Part shown: piece by piece, positions 11,343 to 22,181 of the stretch | How positions within the stretch are numbered: position 1 is the first letter of the stretch | How the letters are laid out: every line of letters starts with the position of its first letter | Source of the DNA: Minutocellus sp. GHC0000111 | Taxonomy: Eukaryota | Direction: 5' to 3' | Assembly: GCA_977018835.1 (NCBI GenBank) | Contig: OZ361258.1 | Location: 1,364,001 to 1,428,000, forward strand | DNA length: 64,000 nucleotides | Notes under the pieces: generated by a model | The model's database searches: none | What the model was told of the DNA's origin: nothing | The model's input: the letters and a program-made list of their open reading frames with translations, nothing else | Program-made: the position numbers and the translations under genes

Positions 11343-12455
11343 CTACTCTCCTTCGATGTCTTCGAGTAGATCCTTCAGAGCAGGCTCAGTTCTTTCGTCT
11401 AGCACAATGACATCATCTTCGTCCAGGGCAAATCCTCTAGCGACAAGAGCATCAAATGTCGATTTTGCAAATACATTAGCAAACAGTTTATCGTCCCTCA
11501 AAATAGACGTCGCCATGTAGAGATCCTTCTTTGACACTGCACTGGAATCAAATCCAACAGCAATCATTCGATCAAGAAGAGTGAGGGTCGAATTCTGCAG
11601 GTATCTTACAATTTGAGCTTCCGGTGCTACGCCAAGATCTTCCAATCTTTGCCTCAATGTCTCTTGCTCCTTTGCTTCGTGATGATTCGATTCATTGATA
11701 AAGCAAAAATTGCTCTCTCCGACACCAAATCCATAAAGTCTGGGTGCAAGAAAACGACAAATTTCAACGCTCGATTGCTTTCGAAAGATTTTTCTGGCTC
11801 CCTCCCGTTCAGCGATCGTTTCGTGCACGTCTATGTCCTCGACACATGAACTAAAATATGAATGCTCGATGATATCATGAGGAGGGAAATATGAGCAAAT
11901 TTCTTTGCAAGATTCACACATCTCTTCGCTCTCTCCGCCCGAACAAAGCCCCGCAACGCTATACATACTACCAAGTATGCCATCCACTTTGGTAATGCTT
12001 CGTGGAAGCGATCTAGCTTTGAACGCTCCGAGCAAATGCAAATAAAGAGCCTTGAACAAGTCTCTATGATTGTCTGGAGAGGAGCACACTCTTGAGTAAT
12101 AAGTATCACGGATGAGCTCTGCTCCTGCCTGCACTGTGAGCAGCCCTCCGACGAAAACAGATTTTAGCTTTGGATAAGTTTCCAAGAGAGGCACCAGTCG
12201 GATGGCAGTATCTTTGCACATGATTGTTGCACTCTCTTCACCACTAATTAGGCTCAAACAATTCACCTCCTCCACGTTCGCGAATCTCCTCGCCGATGGC
12301 CCGTCCAGTTGGCACCCTAAGTTAAGCGCCCGAACATATTTCACCGCTTCGTTGGCAATAATCTTGCCCACTAATAGCGCCGATCGGACCTCCTCGTAGG
12401 GCATGTAGTCCAACACATGGCCCCAAACCGGCGGCGGAATGTGTGGCGTACCCAT
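11343..12455 (-). CDS. F-box-like N-terminal domain protein
   Basis: IPPPVWGHVLDYMPYEEVRSALLVGK resembles an F-box; ~370-aa ORF; true start uncertain. Confidence 0.6.
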   Translation of the reverse strand: MGTPHIPPPVWGHVLDYMPYEEVRSALLVGKIIANEAVKYVRALNLGCQLDGPSARRFANVEEVNCLSLISGEESATIMCKDTAIRLVPLLETYPKLKSVFVGGLLTVQAGAELIRDTYYSRVCSSPDNHRDLFKALYLHLLGAFKARSLPRSITKVDGILGSMYSVAGLCSGGESEEMCESCKEICSYFPPHDIIEHSYFSSCVEDIDVHETIAEREGARKIFRKQSSVEICRFLAPRLYGFGVGESNFCFINESNHHEAKEQETLRQRLEDLGVAPEAQIVRYLQNSTLTLLDRMIAVGFDSSAVSKKDLYMATSILRDDKLFANVFAKSTFDALVARGFALDEDDVIVLDERTEPALKDLLEDIEGE

Positions 12456-12517
12456 CGGGGACTTTGCGTGTGGGTCGGCTACCGACTTGGCGTCTTTGAG
12501 CCGGGCAATCACCGCCG

Positions 12518-12772
12518 GTCGACCGCCTCCAAGGGTACGTCGATTTCGACAATATATTTCAGATGAAGAAGAATGGTTCTGGCGCTGTATTGGTCCATTG
12601 CCTAGCAGGTGTTAGCCGATCATCATCGGTTGTTTGCGCGTATCTAATATCTCGCCATAACATGTCGAGGGAGGAGGCCATTGGCATGGTTCGATCCGAT
12701 CGGCCGTGCGCCACACCAAACCCCGCCTTTTTGCAACAGCTTCGTAAGTGGGAAGGTAGGAACTTGACTTGA
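12518..12772 (+). pseudogene. Dual-specificity phosphatase, C-terminal half only
   Basis: VLVHCLAGVSRSSSVVCAYLI...AIGMVRSDRP..PNPAFLQQL; no N-terminal half is present upstream. Confidence 0.8.
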
Positions 12773-12828
12773 AAATATTCTCTTAAGTTAGTACGCGAGT
12801 ATGTAGAGCTAGAATTGTAAGCACATGC

Positions 12829-13427
12829 CTACCCAGTGGATGAGCCAGCAGCCTTACAGGCCTTCTTATGCTTCTTGAAGTCGGCTCTCTGGCACTCCAC
12901 CGAGCAATAGTAGACTTGCAGCACAGGTTTGCATCGCGAGCACCTGGGCATCGTTTACCACATTTGGCGCACGGAGTGAGAGGATTGCCGAGGCGCTCTT
13001 CAAACTTGGAGAGCAAACCATCGACAATCTGAACTTGCTTCTCGGCGGTCATATCGTCCCCAACATTCTCGGGCTTTTGGGGTGGATTATCCTGGGCATT
13101 CGCATACCAGGCACGGTAGTTCATAAACTCGATCAACAGTGCCTTCTCCTCGTCGTTCATGGGAGTGAATGCCGCCTCGGCCCACGGGCCAAAGGATCGG
13201 GTGGCCGAGATCCAACCCGAGGTAGGCCAGGTGGCACGAGATGACCAGGGTGGGGAGCCCATCCAGCTCAGCTCCATGGCAGCTACGGCATCGTTCTGTT
13301 GGCCGACAGATGCGAGCTGTGCCTCGAAATCGCGCGATGCGTTGCGTGCAGCGTCGGATCGAGCCGATGATTCCAGCGTGGACCATGTAGCGCGAGCAAG
13401 TCGCGCGCATGTGGCGTCGTCGGTCAT
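12829..13427 (-). CDS. MYND zinc-finger protein (frameshift at ~12947)
   Basis: CAKCGKRCP /fs/ RCSRCKPVLQVYYCSVECQRADFKKHKKAC, stop at 12829. Confidence 0.75.
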
Positions 13428-13848
13428 GGTGATAATATTCGCTTCCGGCAAAGTAGAAGTGAACTTTTTGGGCGAGGAATCGAATCGTCTCAAGGAGAAA
13501 GTTCCGACGAATGGCTGCAGAGTCGAATGAAGAATGAATCGCCTTCGTTACAGTAACTTACTACAGTAGTACGCGACACGTGGCACTGAGCACAGCGCTA
13601 GCGAGCAGAGTGTGTCGACATGCTGGCAGAATAAAGAAACAATACAGAATTCTCAGCCAGGTGGCGGCGCGTTGCTTTTGGGGCTCGTTTTGGGGTCGTT
13701 TTGGGGAGCAGATTTGGGAGCAGACTGACGACGGAAAGGACCTCATCATGTGCAGCCCGCGCGCTATCATAGCAGCAGCAGCCGGCTGACGATGACGAAC
13801 GCAACGTGCAAACGTGAAGTGGTATCTTACCCAGCCAAAACCTCCACG

Positions 13849-14784
13849 ATGAGCCGCGCCACGACCTCCCTCCTCGTTCTGCTGAGCCTCTGTTCTTGCG
13901 CGCTGGCCTTTTCGCTGCCGGCGGCGGTCCTGTCCTCCTCCCAAACTGGCACATCTCGTGCCGCCGTCTTTTTACCCCGAAGTGCCGCCGCTACTGCTGG
14001 TGGTGTCAGCGCTCGCCGAAGCCTGAGCCAACTCCTGCCCCTGCGAGGCGGTGCCGAGGGCGAGGAAGACGCCGTCGCAGCGGTACCTGAGGAAGAGGAT
14101 ATTCCTCCTGAGGTGGTTGCAGAGAAAGTGGAGGACGCCGTCGTCGAGGAGCCAGCTCCCGTAAGCGCCAAAGCGTCGCCGTCGGTCGCCCTCGCCGGCG
14201 CCCTGGCGCCAATCACGTCGGTCCTCCAGTCGGCCGGCGCCTCCTACTCCAACCTCCTCAACACCCGCCCCATCCTCACCAAGGCGGTCACTGCCTGCGC
14301 CATCTTTGGTCTGAGCGATTGGTCCGCCCAGCAGATTGAGGGCGGCGGTAGCGATGCCGACCAAGACAAGAAGAAGAAGGACTGGACCAGAATCATCACC
14401 GCCTCCCTCGTCGGTCTGCTGTACTTTGGACCCGCGGCGCACGCGTGGTACGAAAAGATCTTTCAGATTTTGCCCGGCACGTCGTTGGTGTCGACGCTGC
14501 AGAAGGCGGCACTGGGACAGCTGCTGTTTGGACCCAGCTTCACCTGCGTGTTCTTCGCCACCTCGCTGATGCAATCGGGTACCTTTAGCCTTGGCAACTG
14601 GTTCCAAAAGATTCGGCGGGACCTGCCCGGTGCGTGGGCGGCCGGACTGTCGTTCTGGCCCCTGGTGGATTTGGTGTCGTACTCGCTGATTCCGGCCAAG
14701 TGGATCCCGCTCTTTGTCAACTTTTGCTCCTTCGTGTGGACCATCTACTTGTCAATGGTGGCGAATCGTCGGCGGGAGGAGTAG
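13849..14784 (+). CDS. Mpv17/PMP22 family membrane protein with bipartite plastid-type presequence
   Basis: RPILTKAVT..GLSDWSAQ, GPAAHAWY, QLLFGP, FWPLVDLVSYSLIP...WTIYLS; signal peptide ending CALA|FSLP. Confidence 0.9.
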   Translation: MSRATTSLLVLLSLCSCALAFSLPAAVLSSSQTGTSRAAVFLPRSAAATAGGVSARRSLSQLLPLRGGAEGEEDAVAAVPEEEDIPPEVVAEKVEDAVVEEPAPVSAKASPSVALAGALAPITSVLQSAGASYSNLLNTRPILTKAVTACAIFGLSDWSAQQIEGGGSDADQDKKKKDWTRIITASLVGLLYFGPAAHAWYEKIFQILPGTSLVSTLQKAALGQLLFGPSFTCVFFATSLMQSGTFSLGNWFQKIRRDLPGAWAAGLSFWPLVDLVSYSLIPAKWIPLFVNFCSFVWTIYLSMVANRRREE

Positions 14785-15261
14785 AGATGCATACTAGCTA
14801 GCTAGCTAGTATAGATTCGATTCTTCATGGTTAGAGGGGAAGCAAGCGAAGGTTTTTGCTTCGGATGATCCCGGCCCACCGCACCTCTTGTTCTATTGCT
14901 TGTATGTGCAAACGCTTCCTCGGAGTGATTACTAGAGCGGTGTTGTTGTCTTGCTCATAATTTGCATATGTGTGTGTCGCAACGGCATTGCTGACGCCGG
15001 CCACGATCTCCAACGCATGTATGTGCATACTAGTATGCAGAGATTTCGGAGACGCAAGCTGGAGACGACACGCCAACGCCAACAAAAGAATATCCCAACT
15101 TATCGCGTGGCCCGCTGCTGCATACTATCACTTATCGCATCAGTCGATATCTTTGTCCAACCTATAATATCCAGTAGCTCCTCTTCGATTTATATTTACA
15201 ACAATACAGTAGTGTCGTCGACAGCCAGCTGCATACCATTCCCGACACAATCTCGCACACA

Positions 15262-17058
15262 ATGAAAAGCTATTGGACGGTCTTTCTCATCGGTGTGGTT
15301 CTTCTCCCCATTGGAGTCGACGCCGATGATAAAGTGTTGCCACAAACAAATCTTCGGGGTTCATCTCTCTCCGCACTTCCACCAAGGAATGTGCTCGAAG
15401 AAATGGCCAATGCGTCCGGCGACGACGACGATGTGGCGGCTCACGAAGCCAACCCTCGTCATAGCAACCCTCGTCATAGCAAGCAAGATCTCTTCCTAGC
15501 CCGAAGCAATGACTTTGACGATGATCTCATTGCAGCATACGAATCGCCCAACGACAAGTCTTCGTATGCACAGATGGCTCCGTTTCGGACGTCAACTCCT
15601 ACTATCGATAGTCTATCTTCAAATACCTCTTCTTCTATTGATGATAATGAGTCAACTTCTGCCGGCATCTTTCACCAAGCTCCGTCGCACCCCGCTGATC
15701 CAAATTTATCATCTATAGAGCACCCACATCTCGCCAGTACAGCCGTTACTCCAACCAATGACCCTCTTACTGCCCCAACGGCCGAGCCAACTACAGTCGA
15801 TCCCCTCGAAAAAGATCTTACCGTTTCGCACGCCCCCTCTTCTCAGCCCGAATACAACGACAATACAATAGTGATTGCTCGATATCACCAAGAAGACATC
15901 ACCGCAGGAGCAAATATTGACGAGCAAGTACAAGGTGGTGCTGGAACCTCCGAGGAGCTACTACCACCCTCCCATTCAGAGCAAGATATCGGCAGCTTAT
16001 CTACAAAGGGTAACAAGAAGTCCAAGCAAATCGTTCCAGCACTACTCACTGGATTTGCATCGATGGTACTCTTCTTTGCCCTTTTCCTCGTTTGCGCGAA
16101 TCAAAGAGAGCAATACATCCAACGCAAGTGGGAACAAGAACAAATTCGTCGAGCTGCCTTGACCGACGATGGGAGCTGCGGTAGGAGCGTTAGGTCAAGT
16201 CAGGCCTACAGTGAACCGTTCGATGATGTATACGGCAAAACGGTTGAAGACGGTCGTAGTCTGTATAGCCGAAGCTCCACCAAGGGGGGAGAGGTTAGTG
16301 AAGGGACTGGATCTTATTGGGTGGAAGCTGTGGTGAAGAAGATTGCAGACAGGAATAGAAACGATGAAGCCAAGCATCATCAGACGAATATCTTACCACC
16401 TCTCGACGGCGAAGAAGACAATGAAGCTGGCGATGACGAGTCATCATTTGCCGGGCTTTCCTTGGTTTCGAGTTTGACTCAGAGCTTGATGACATTTGGA
16501 TCGGCACTATGGCCGAGCGAAGAAGCTTCGTTGGATCTTGGCCCGTCGTCACGAAGAGTTGCTGCACAATCCAAGCGATCATCGGTTGCCAGCTCCGAGA
16601 AGGAGTCTCTCGACGGCGAAGATAGCGCAATAGCCCATCTTCATCAGACAAATTCAAATGAAGATGCGGGTGGATCTGTTTGCTCGAGTCTCACAGACGG
16701 TACCAGCACTACACTCAAATCAGAAGAATTTGAAGAAGCGCCTGGCGTTAGAGGTAGTCATAATGGTGCGTGTATGCCTGCTATAGATGAGGATGGTGTC
16801 CTCGACGAAGAGACTCGTCGAACGTCCCTCTATTCGCCGTCGACGAGAAAGGATATCAGCACCGACTCGACCCAAACGCAATCGACTGTACTTGATGATT
16901 CGTCCTCTCTCGACTTGGAATCTGAATTAGCACAGCTTCAGCATCTCATTGGAAGTATTGAGCCCGGCGATGATTTTTGCGAGCGTGACATGGTCTTCAA
17001 GAGTCTCTCTGAAGAGTCCTTCGATCTTGGAAGAACTGAAGGTCGGGAGGAAATCTAG
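15262..17058 (+). CDS. Type I single-pass membrane protein, low complexity
   Basis: Signal peptide, Ser/Thr/Pro-rich ectodomain, TM IVPALLTGFASMVLFFALFLVCA, disordered tail. Confidence 0.75.
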   Translation: MKSYWTVFLIGVVLLPIGVDADDKVLPQTNLRGSSLSALPPRNVLEEMANASGDDDDVAAHEANPRHSNPRHSKQDLFLARSNDFDDDLIAAYESPNDKSSYAQMAPFRTSTPTIDSLSSNTSSSIDDNESTSAGIFHQAPSHPADPNLSSIEHPHLASTAVTPTNDPLTAPTAEPTTVDPLEKDLTVSHAPSSQPEYNDNTIVIARYHQEDITAGANIDEQVQGGAGTSEELLPPSHSEQDIGSLSTKGNKKSKQIVPALLTGFASMVLFFALFLVCANQREQYIQRKWEQEQIRRAALTDDGSCGRSVRSSQAYSEPFDDVYGKTVEDGRSLYSRSSTKGGEVSEGTGSYWVEAVVKKIADRNRNDEAKHHQTNILPPLDGEEDNEAGDDESSFAGLSLVSSLTQSLMTFGSALWPSEEASLDLGPSSRRVAAQSKRSSVASSEKESLDGEDSAIAHLHQTNSNEDAGGSVCSSLTDGTSTTLKSEEFEEAPGVRGSHNGACMPAIDEDGVLDEETRRTSLYSPSTRKDISTDSTQTQSTVLDDSSSLDLESELAQLQHLIGSIEPGDDFCERDMVFKSLSEESFDLGRTEGREEI

Positions 17059-17203
17059 CCAGTACCTAGGTAGCGGATTGCTGCGATCGTAGTATTTCGC
17101 TTCACACAAAAAGAAGGTACCATGGTACCCAGTACAAATAAATGATTTTTAAGTGTCAAATATGTTTGAGTAAGTAAGAAAGTAAATTAAGTTAGATCAA
17201 TCA

Positions 17204-20200
17204 CTATGCTTCTTTTAGCCAAGTCGGTCCCAATATGCTCAAACAGTGTTCGTGATCTTTTGGGTGGCCAAAGCCACCGTTGGGCTTCCCGGGCATGGGT
17301 TTCATTGCACCACCTACATGAACAATCCCTGATCCGTGAAATGGTTGCGGAATGTGCCAATTTGCTGCAGCTCGTTGAAGCTTAGCCTTGTCGCGTTTGC
17401 CTGCCCTTGTTGTTGCTTCCTCGTTGTTGACGTGCATTCCATCGAGTCCAATGTGCTGCACCTGAGCGATGGATGGGGCCAAGACCTTGTATGGTATGAG
17501 ATTCTTATTTGCCAACCAAACCACACTCCAATCCCAATTATATTCATCTCGATGGCAAAATTCGTCTTTTGCGTTGACAATCTTCTGCCATGTCTTTCGA
17601 CCGATGGCCATTGGACCAGTACGAAATGTGATTTCGTACCAATCCTGTCCTCCCGCGTTTTCGCGCTCTCGGTGTACACCGCCGTCGGTTATGTCGAGTA
17701 CAACGCCAAAGTAGTTGGGATTCTTGCTTGCCAGGTAAAGTCCTTGTGTGACAGTTTCGTAGATACTTGGCGAAACAACGTAGTCCTCTTCCATGATGAA
17801 CATTTCATCGGCCGTGATCTTTGAGTCAAATTCAAGCTCATCGAAGACATGCTTCATCATCCAGGTCCAGTGATGCTTCGCGCAAGTGGCCCAAGAAGAC
17901 CTGGGATTTCCGTAGGTATCGCCAGCATACCCTTCGTTGAGCTTGGCGTCGTCGCCGGGGAACGACTTGAGATGATCGTAGCATGCGTGTGGATGGAATA
18001 TTTGGATAACATCGAACTCCGCCTTGAGCGTCTCCACATACTCGACCATTTCAGGCACGTGCCCATCGTGGCTTACTACCAACGGCACACTTTCCTTGGG
18101 AAAATCTGAATTGCGAAGAGAATCAATCGCATGCTTGAAATCATCCACTCGCTTATGAACCATGTACACAAACGGAACGACATTGCCTCCACCTGAGGCA
18201 TCCAGATTATAGAATTTGTTAGTCGCTTCCACAATGGCTTCTGGTGATACTCCACCGCCCTCGGTTGCACTGCCATTGCCCTTGGGAGTGCCAAACACCT
18301 CGAGAGGGTGATTGAGCTCATCCCACATTCGCTTGCACACTTTTGTAATCTCAAACTCAGTCGATGGATTGCTGTCATACTTCTCGGTTTCAAGAAGGAG
18401 CCTCAGGCGGGTTCGTGTCAGCACATTGTCTCTGACGCCTTGGCCAAGTCCTCGCTCGTCGTCTCGACGGAGTCTTCGATCAAGCCAAACATCAATGCTA
18501 CCATTCTGTAACGAGGCTGTACCTTGAGCATGTTCGCTCAGCACGGTGAATCGCTGAGACGAATCTTCAATGGAAGCGAGAGTGGGCATGGGAAAGACCT
18601 GGCTTTGGATTGGGAGGTCCGCTCGGAAGTGATGCGTATCGAAGTTGGCTCCATTCAGATCAGTATGGAAAATGCCGCCATTGGCAATTGGCGCTGTAAA
18701 CCGCACAAACCATTCCTCATTGTCAGTTTCCAGCTTGGTCTTGAAGATGAAATCAAAAACTGTCGCCGTTCCTTCTCCAGAATCATCTGGGATTTTCTTT
18801 TCGATGATTGTGCGCTTCCATTTTGATGTCGATACAACGAATCCACCCTCTTCGATGGTCACTTGTTCCCCTGTTTCCTTGAGGTATTCCGCCATCTTTC
18901 CAGGAAAGAAAAGGTACGCACCGCCGCGTTGAACCTTCCAGACCATCCACTCTTCTTTCAACGGGTGTGTCATCATACCGGTAGCTGGATCGAACTTGAT
19001 GGTGGACGCTGCTCCATTCTCAGACCCGGCCTTTTCGCAGGGTAGCGACGCTTGAACAGTTTCGTGCGGCGGGATTATTGTTTCGCCGCAATTTTGATCT
19101 ACCGGGAGTGGATTGAAAACATATGTCGGTTGTGATACGTCGCAAGCAAAGTGGCCCAGTGATCGAGGGGCTTTCGACTTCCAGCAGGATCGGAGCGATT
19201 CATTCTCGGCCCTTGATTGAACTTGACTCGACATCCACTCCTGTACAGTATCGATAGCATTGCGCATGTAGCGGGCATAGTCTTCCACTACATGGTCCTT
19301 GGCGGCTCCAGTAACTCAATCGTGATGCTGGAAAAGACTGAGCGATCGTCTTGGTCCGCGCATCTCCTCGGCCGACGCACCCATGGCCGATGCCGCATAC
19401 AAAACCTGTTCCAACTTTCGATCGAGCGCCTTGACTCTCGACGTAAAGTATCCCGACCAATAGTCTTCGTCCCGATCGGCATAAGTGAAAAATGATCCCT
19501 TTAGTACCGGGGGTTTGAATTTGCCCTGGACGGCATTGAAATAGTCCGAAAGCGTACCGAATTGTATTTGAACTCCCTGCACGTTATCATTCAGGTAGTC
19601 CATAATCTTCTGGTAGTTGACGTACTGATTCTCGGCCTCCTCATCCGTTCGATATCGGAAATCGTCACCAAGTGGTGCCAGGACAACATTGGACCGATAC
19701 AACGAAGCCTTCTTCTGATATTGATCCAGCAGTAGCCGCGCCCGTTTGGCAACGTTGGACGATGATATTCTTTGAGGTTCCTTGTGCCAAGGACAGCCAC
19801 CGTAGCCTCGGTCCAGTCGGGCAAAGTCAAACTGGCAACACACGCTGGGATCTGGACCGCAGGTATGCGGCACGTCATATGAATAAAAGGGCATCACGTG
19901 CGTGAAAATGTCCTGCTGTCCCGTCTCGTCGTAGGTCTGACGCCACATGAACTCCAAATGCTTCCTCTGCGCCAGCTCCTTCTTGACGGCGTAATGAACA
20001 CGCTGGATGAGCATCCCCTCGAATCCATAATCCTTGAGAATGTCCGCCATGGTAGGAGAGTAACCAAACGGATCGATGGACCACCCAAACTTGGGAATAA
20101 CGTCTTCTCCAAACGTTTGTCGGAGCCAATCATGGCCCTCCTGCAATTGTACCTCGATGGCATATCGCTGCGTATTGGCTTCGTCCGGTTGGACCCATCC

Positions 20201-21502
20201 CCCGGTCACGAATTCCAACTGCCCGCTGGCCACGAGCTTACGGGTCTCCTTCTGCGTGGCCTTGTCCTGTTCTCTCCACCACCATTCAAAGTAGGATATT
20301 TCGGCCCAAATGAATTTCCGTCGCTTGTCCTTCCGCAGTGCATTGTACACCGACGTTAGGATGCCACTGGTCTGAGAACGGAAGTAGTCGTCAAAGGTTT
20401 TGATCCAAACGGGATCGCAGTGAGCATGAGGTATGACAAACACCTGCAGTGGATTGGCCGGATCCAGTGGCGTTGGTTCGACGTCCCACCCCTGCTTCCA
20501 CGCCCCACCGTCGGGATTCGCAAAGGGCAGCGTTGCGGCTAGGTCGCGCATGTCGATGAAATCATTGGTCGCGTCGGTGGTATCACTGGTCTGTGTGGTG
20601 ATGGCAATGGGCTTGCGAACCTGGGCCAGGGCCGCCAGATCGGCACGCTGATGATATCCCGTATCGCCATACTCCCACCTTGGTTTGGACCCCGGCGCGC
20701 GTTTCTTGTCGTTGTTGGCTTTGTTGGCGCTAATGCCTCCACCGCTCTTATTCTTCTTGGGCTGGTCAGCATTGTTTTGATGTGCAGCAGCACCACCACC
20801 ACGGAGCATTCCTCCCTTATCACCATGATCACCACCTCTTCTGACGGCACCGACCGCCATCTCCTCCAACGTTTCGGCCTTCTCCATGACATTCCGCTCA
20901 ATCTCCATCCCCCGTTCGAGCATCTTGGCCTCCCATTCCTCGGCCTTGGTCCAAGCCTCGGCGAGGTTGCGTTCGGCCACCTCCTCGACCTGGCGCAGCC
21001 GTTGTCGTCCGAGTTCCGGGTCGACCCGCAATTGTTTCAGCTTGGAAAGTACATCGTTGTTGGATTCTTCTTCTTGTTGTTTTTGTGATGATTGTTGATA
21101 TAAATCAGACGATGCAGACTTGGATTTCATCCGTCGGGGATGCTGCTCCGGTCTTGGTGCTGGTTGTTGGATGGTCAAAAACATGGCGCCGAAGGATACC
21201 ACCTTAACGGCGGCCAGCGTGAGCAGACCGACCCGCAGAGACCTGGCGTAGGCACCGCCGGCATCCCCTCCTTTAGTTGCTGCAGCTGTTGGTTTCGAAT
21301 GCGGACCAGCAGTGCCACCACCAGCGCCACCCCGCCGCCGGGTCAAATGAGGCGCCGGAGCCGGTCGGCCGCCATTGAGCAATCCCGCCCGGCTGGTGCT
21401 GCTAGTGTTATTATTTGCCGCCAATTGTTGGTGCTGACCATTGCTATTGGCGTTCGATCCGGCGCCGTTCGAGGCGGTGCCATTGCCGCTACTTCGTCTC
21501 AT
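17204..21502 (-). CDS. Golgi alpha-mannosidase II (GH38) fused to a C-terminal GnT-II/MGAT2-like (GT16) domain; one in-frame TGA at 19318-19316
   Basis: Type II TM. GH38 motifs HAHCDPVW, GGWVQPDEA, WSIDPFGYS, HTCGPDP, PLGDDF, YWSGYFTSR, FQHHD*VTG. MGAT2 motifs VHKR, VSHD, FPG, KHHW.W, MEEDY, DEYNWDWS, HIG..GMH, NGGFGHPKDHEHC. ORFs 19316..21502 and 17204..19288 are the same frame. Confidence 0.9.
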
Positions 21503-21796
21503 TGCTGACTGGTCTTTTGTGGACCTTGGAGGGACTGTAGGTCTGCTCTACTGCGCATGGCCGGCCGCTGAGGCGAGGCGGCAACATGCATGGCTGTCCT
21601 CATTTTTTTGATAAATGAAAAAGGAAATTACATGGTGTAATGGAAGAAAGATCCGCGGAGTGTTGCCGTTGTGAAGAAGGCTTGCTTGCTTGCACGATCT
21701 CAAAACGGGATCGGGGACCGCGACATGGTCGGGACTCGGTCCGCTAACTTCACCGCGTTAAAATCGCAAAACGAAAGAACGGGACCAATTATGGTC

Positions 21797-21960
21797 CCGT
21801 ATCTTTTTTATTTTTGGCACATGATGTGATCTGGGGAAAACAGCCGATAAGCCCGCGTAGCGGGCGTGCGGAGCCCAGTGGAGGGCTAGGGCATAGGGTT
21901 AGGGTTAGTGTTAGGGTGTCATGTGGGCCGAACACATCATGTGCTGAAAAAAAGATACGG
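21797..21960. mobile_element. Small MITE-like element with imperfect TIRs and internal TTAGGG repeats
   Basis: CCGTATCTTTTTT..GCACATGATGTG (21797-21828) is inverted relative to CACATCATGTGCTGAAAAAAAGATACGG (21933-21960); telomere-like units at 21887-21917. Confidence 0.6.
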
Positions 21961-22181
21961 TCAGAAAGTAAGGCCATTGGGGTCCCGCCGGTGATGACTC
22001 CTTTGTCGACCATTCATGTGAGTGCGAGGTCCATGCAAGTCACTTGCAGCACACGGCGCAATACCGTTTCCTTCCTGGCTCGGCTCGTATGATAGTCAGC
22101 AGTCCCATCGTGCTGCTCATGCGTGGAGCAACCACACCATCTAATAACCATCCAGCCAAATAAATTTTAAACAAGCAATTC

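Noticed and set aside
19316..19318. In-frame TGA as selenocysteine
   Set aside because: The position aligns to a conserved Gly/Ala, not Cys, and no SECIS is evident; a nonsense change is simpler
21887..21917. True telomere or chromosome-fusion site
   Set aside because: Only about five degenerate units in one orientation, enclosed by TIRs
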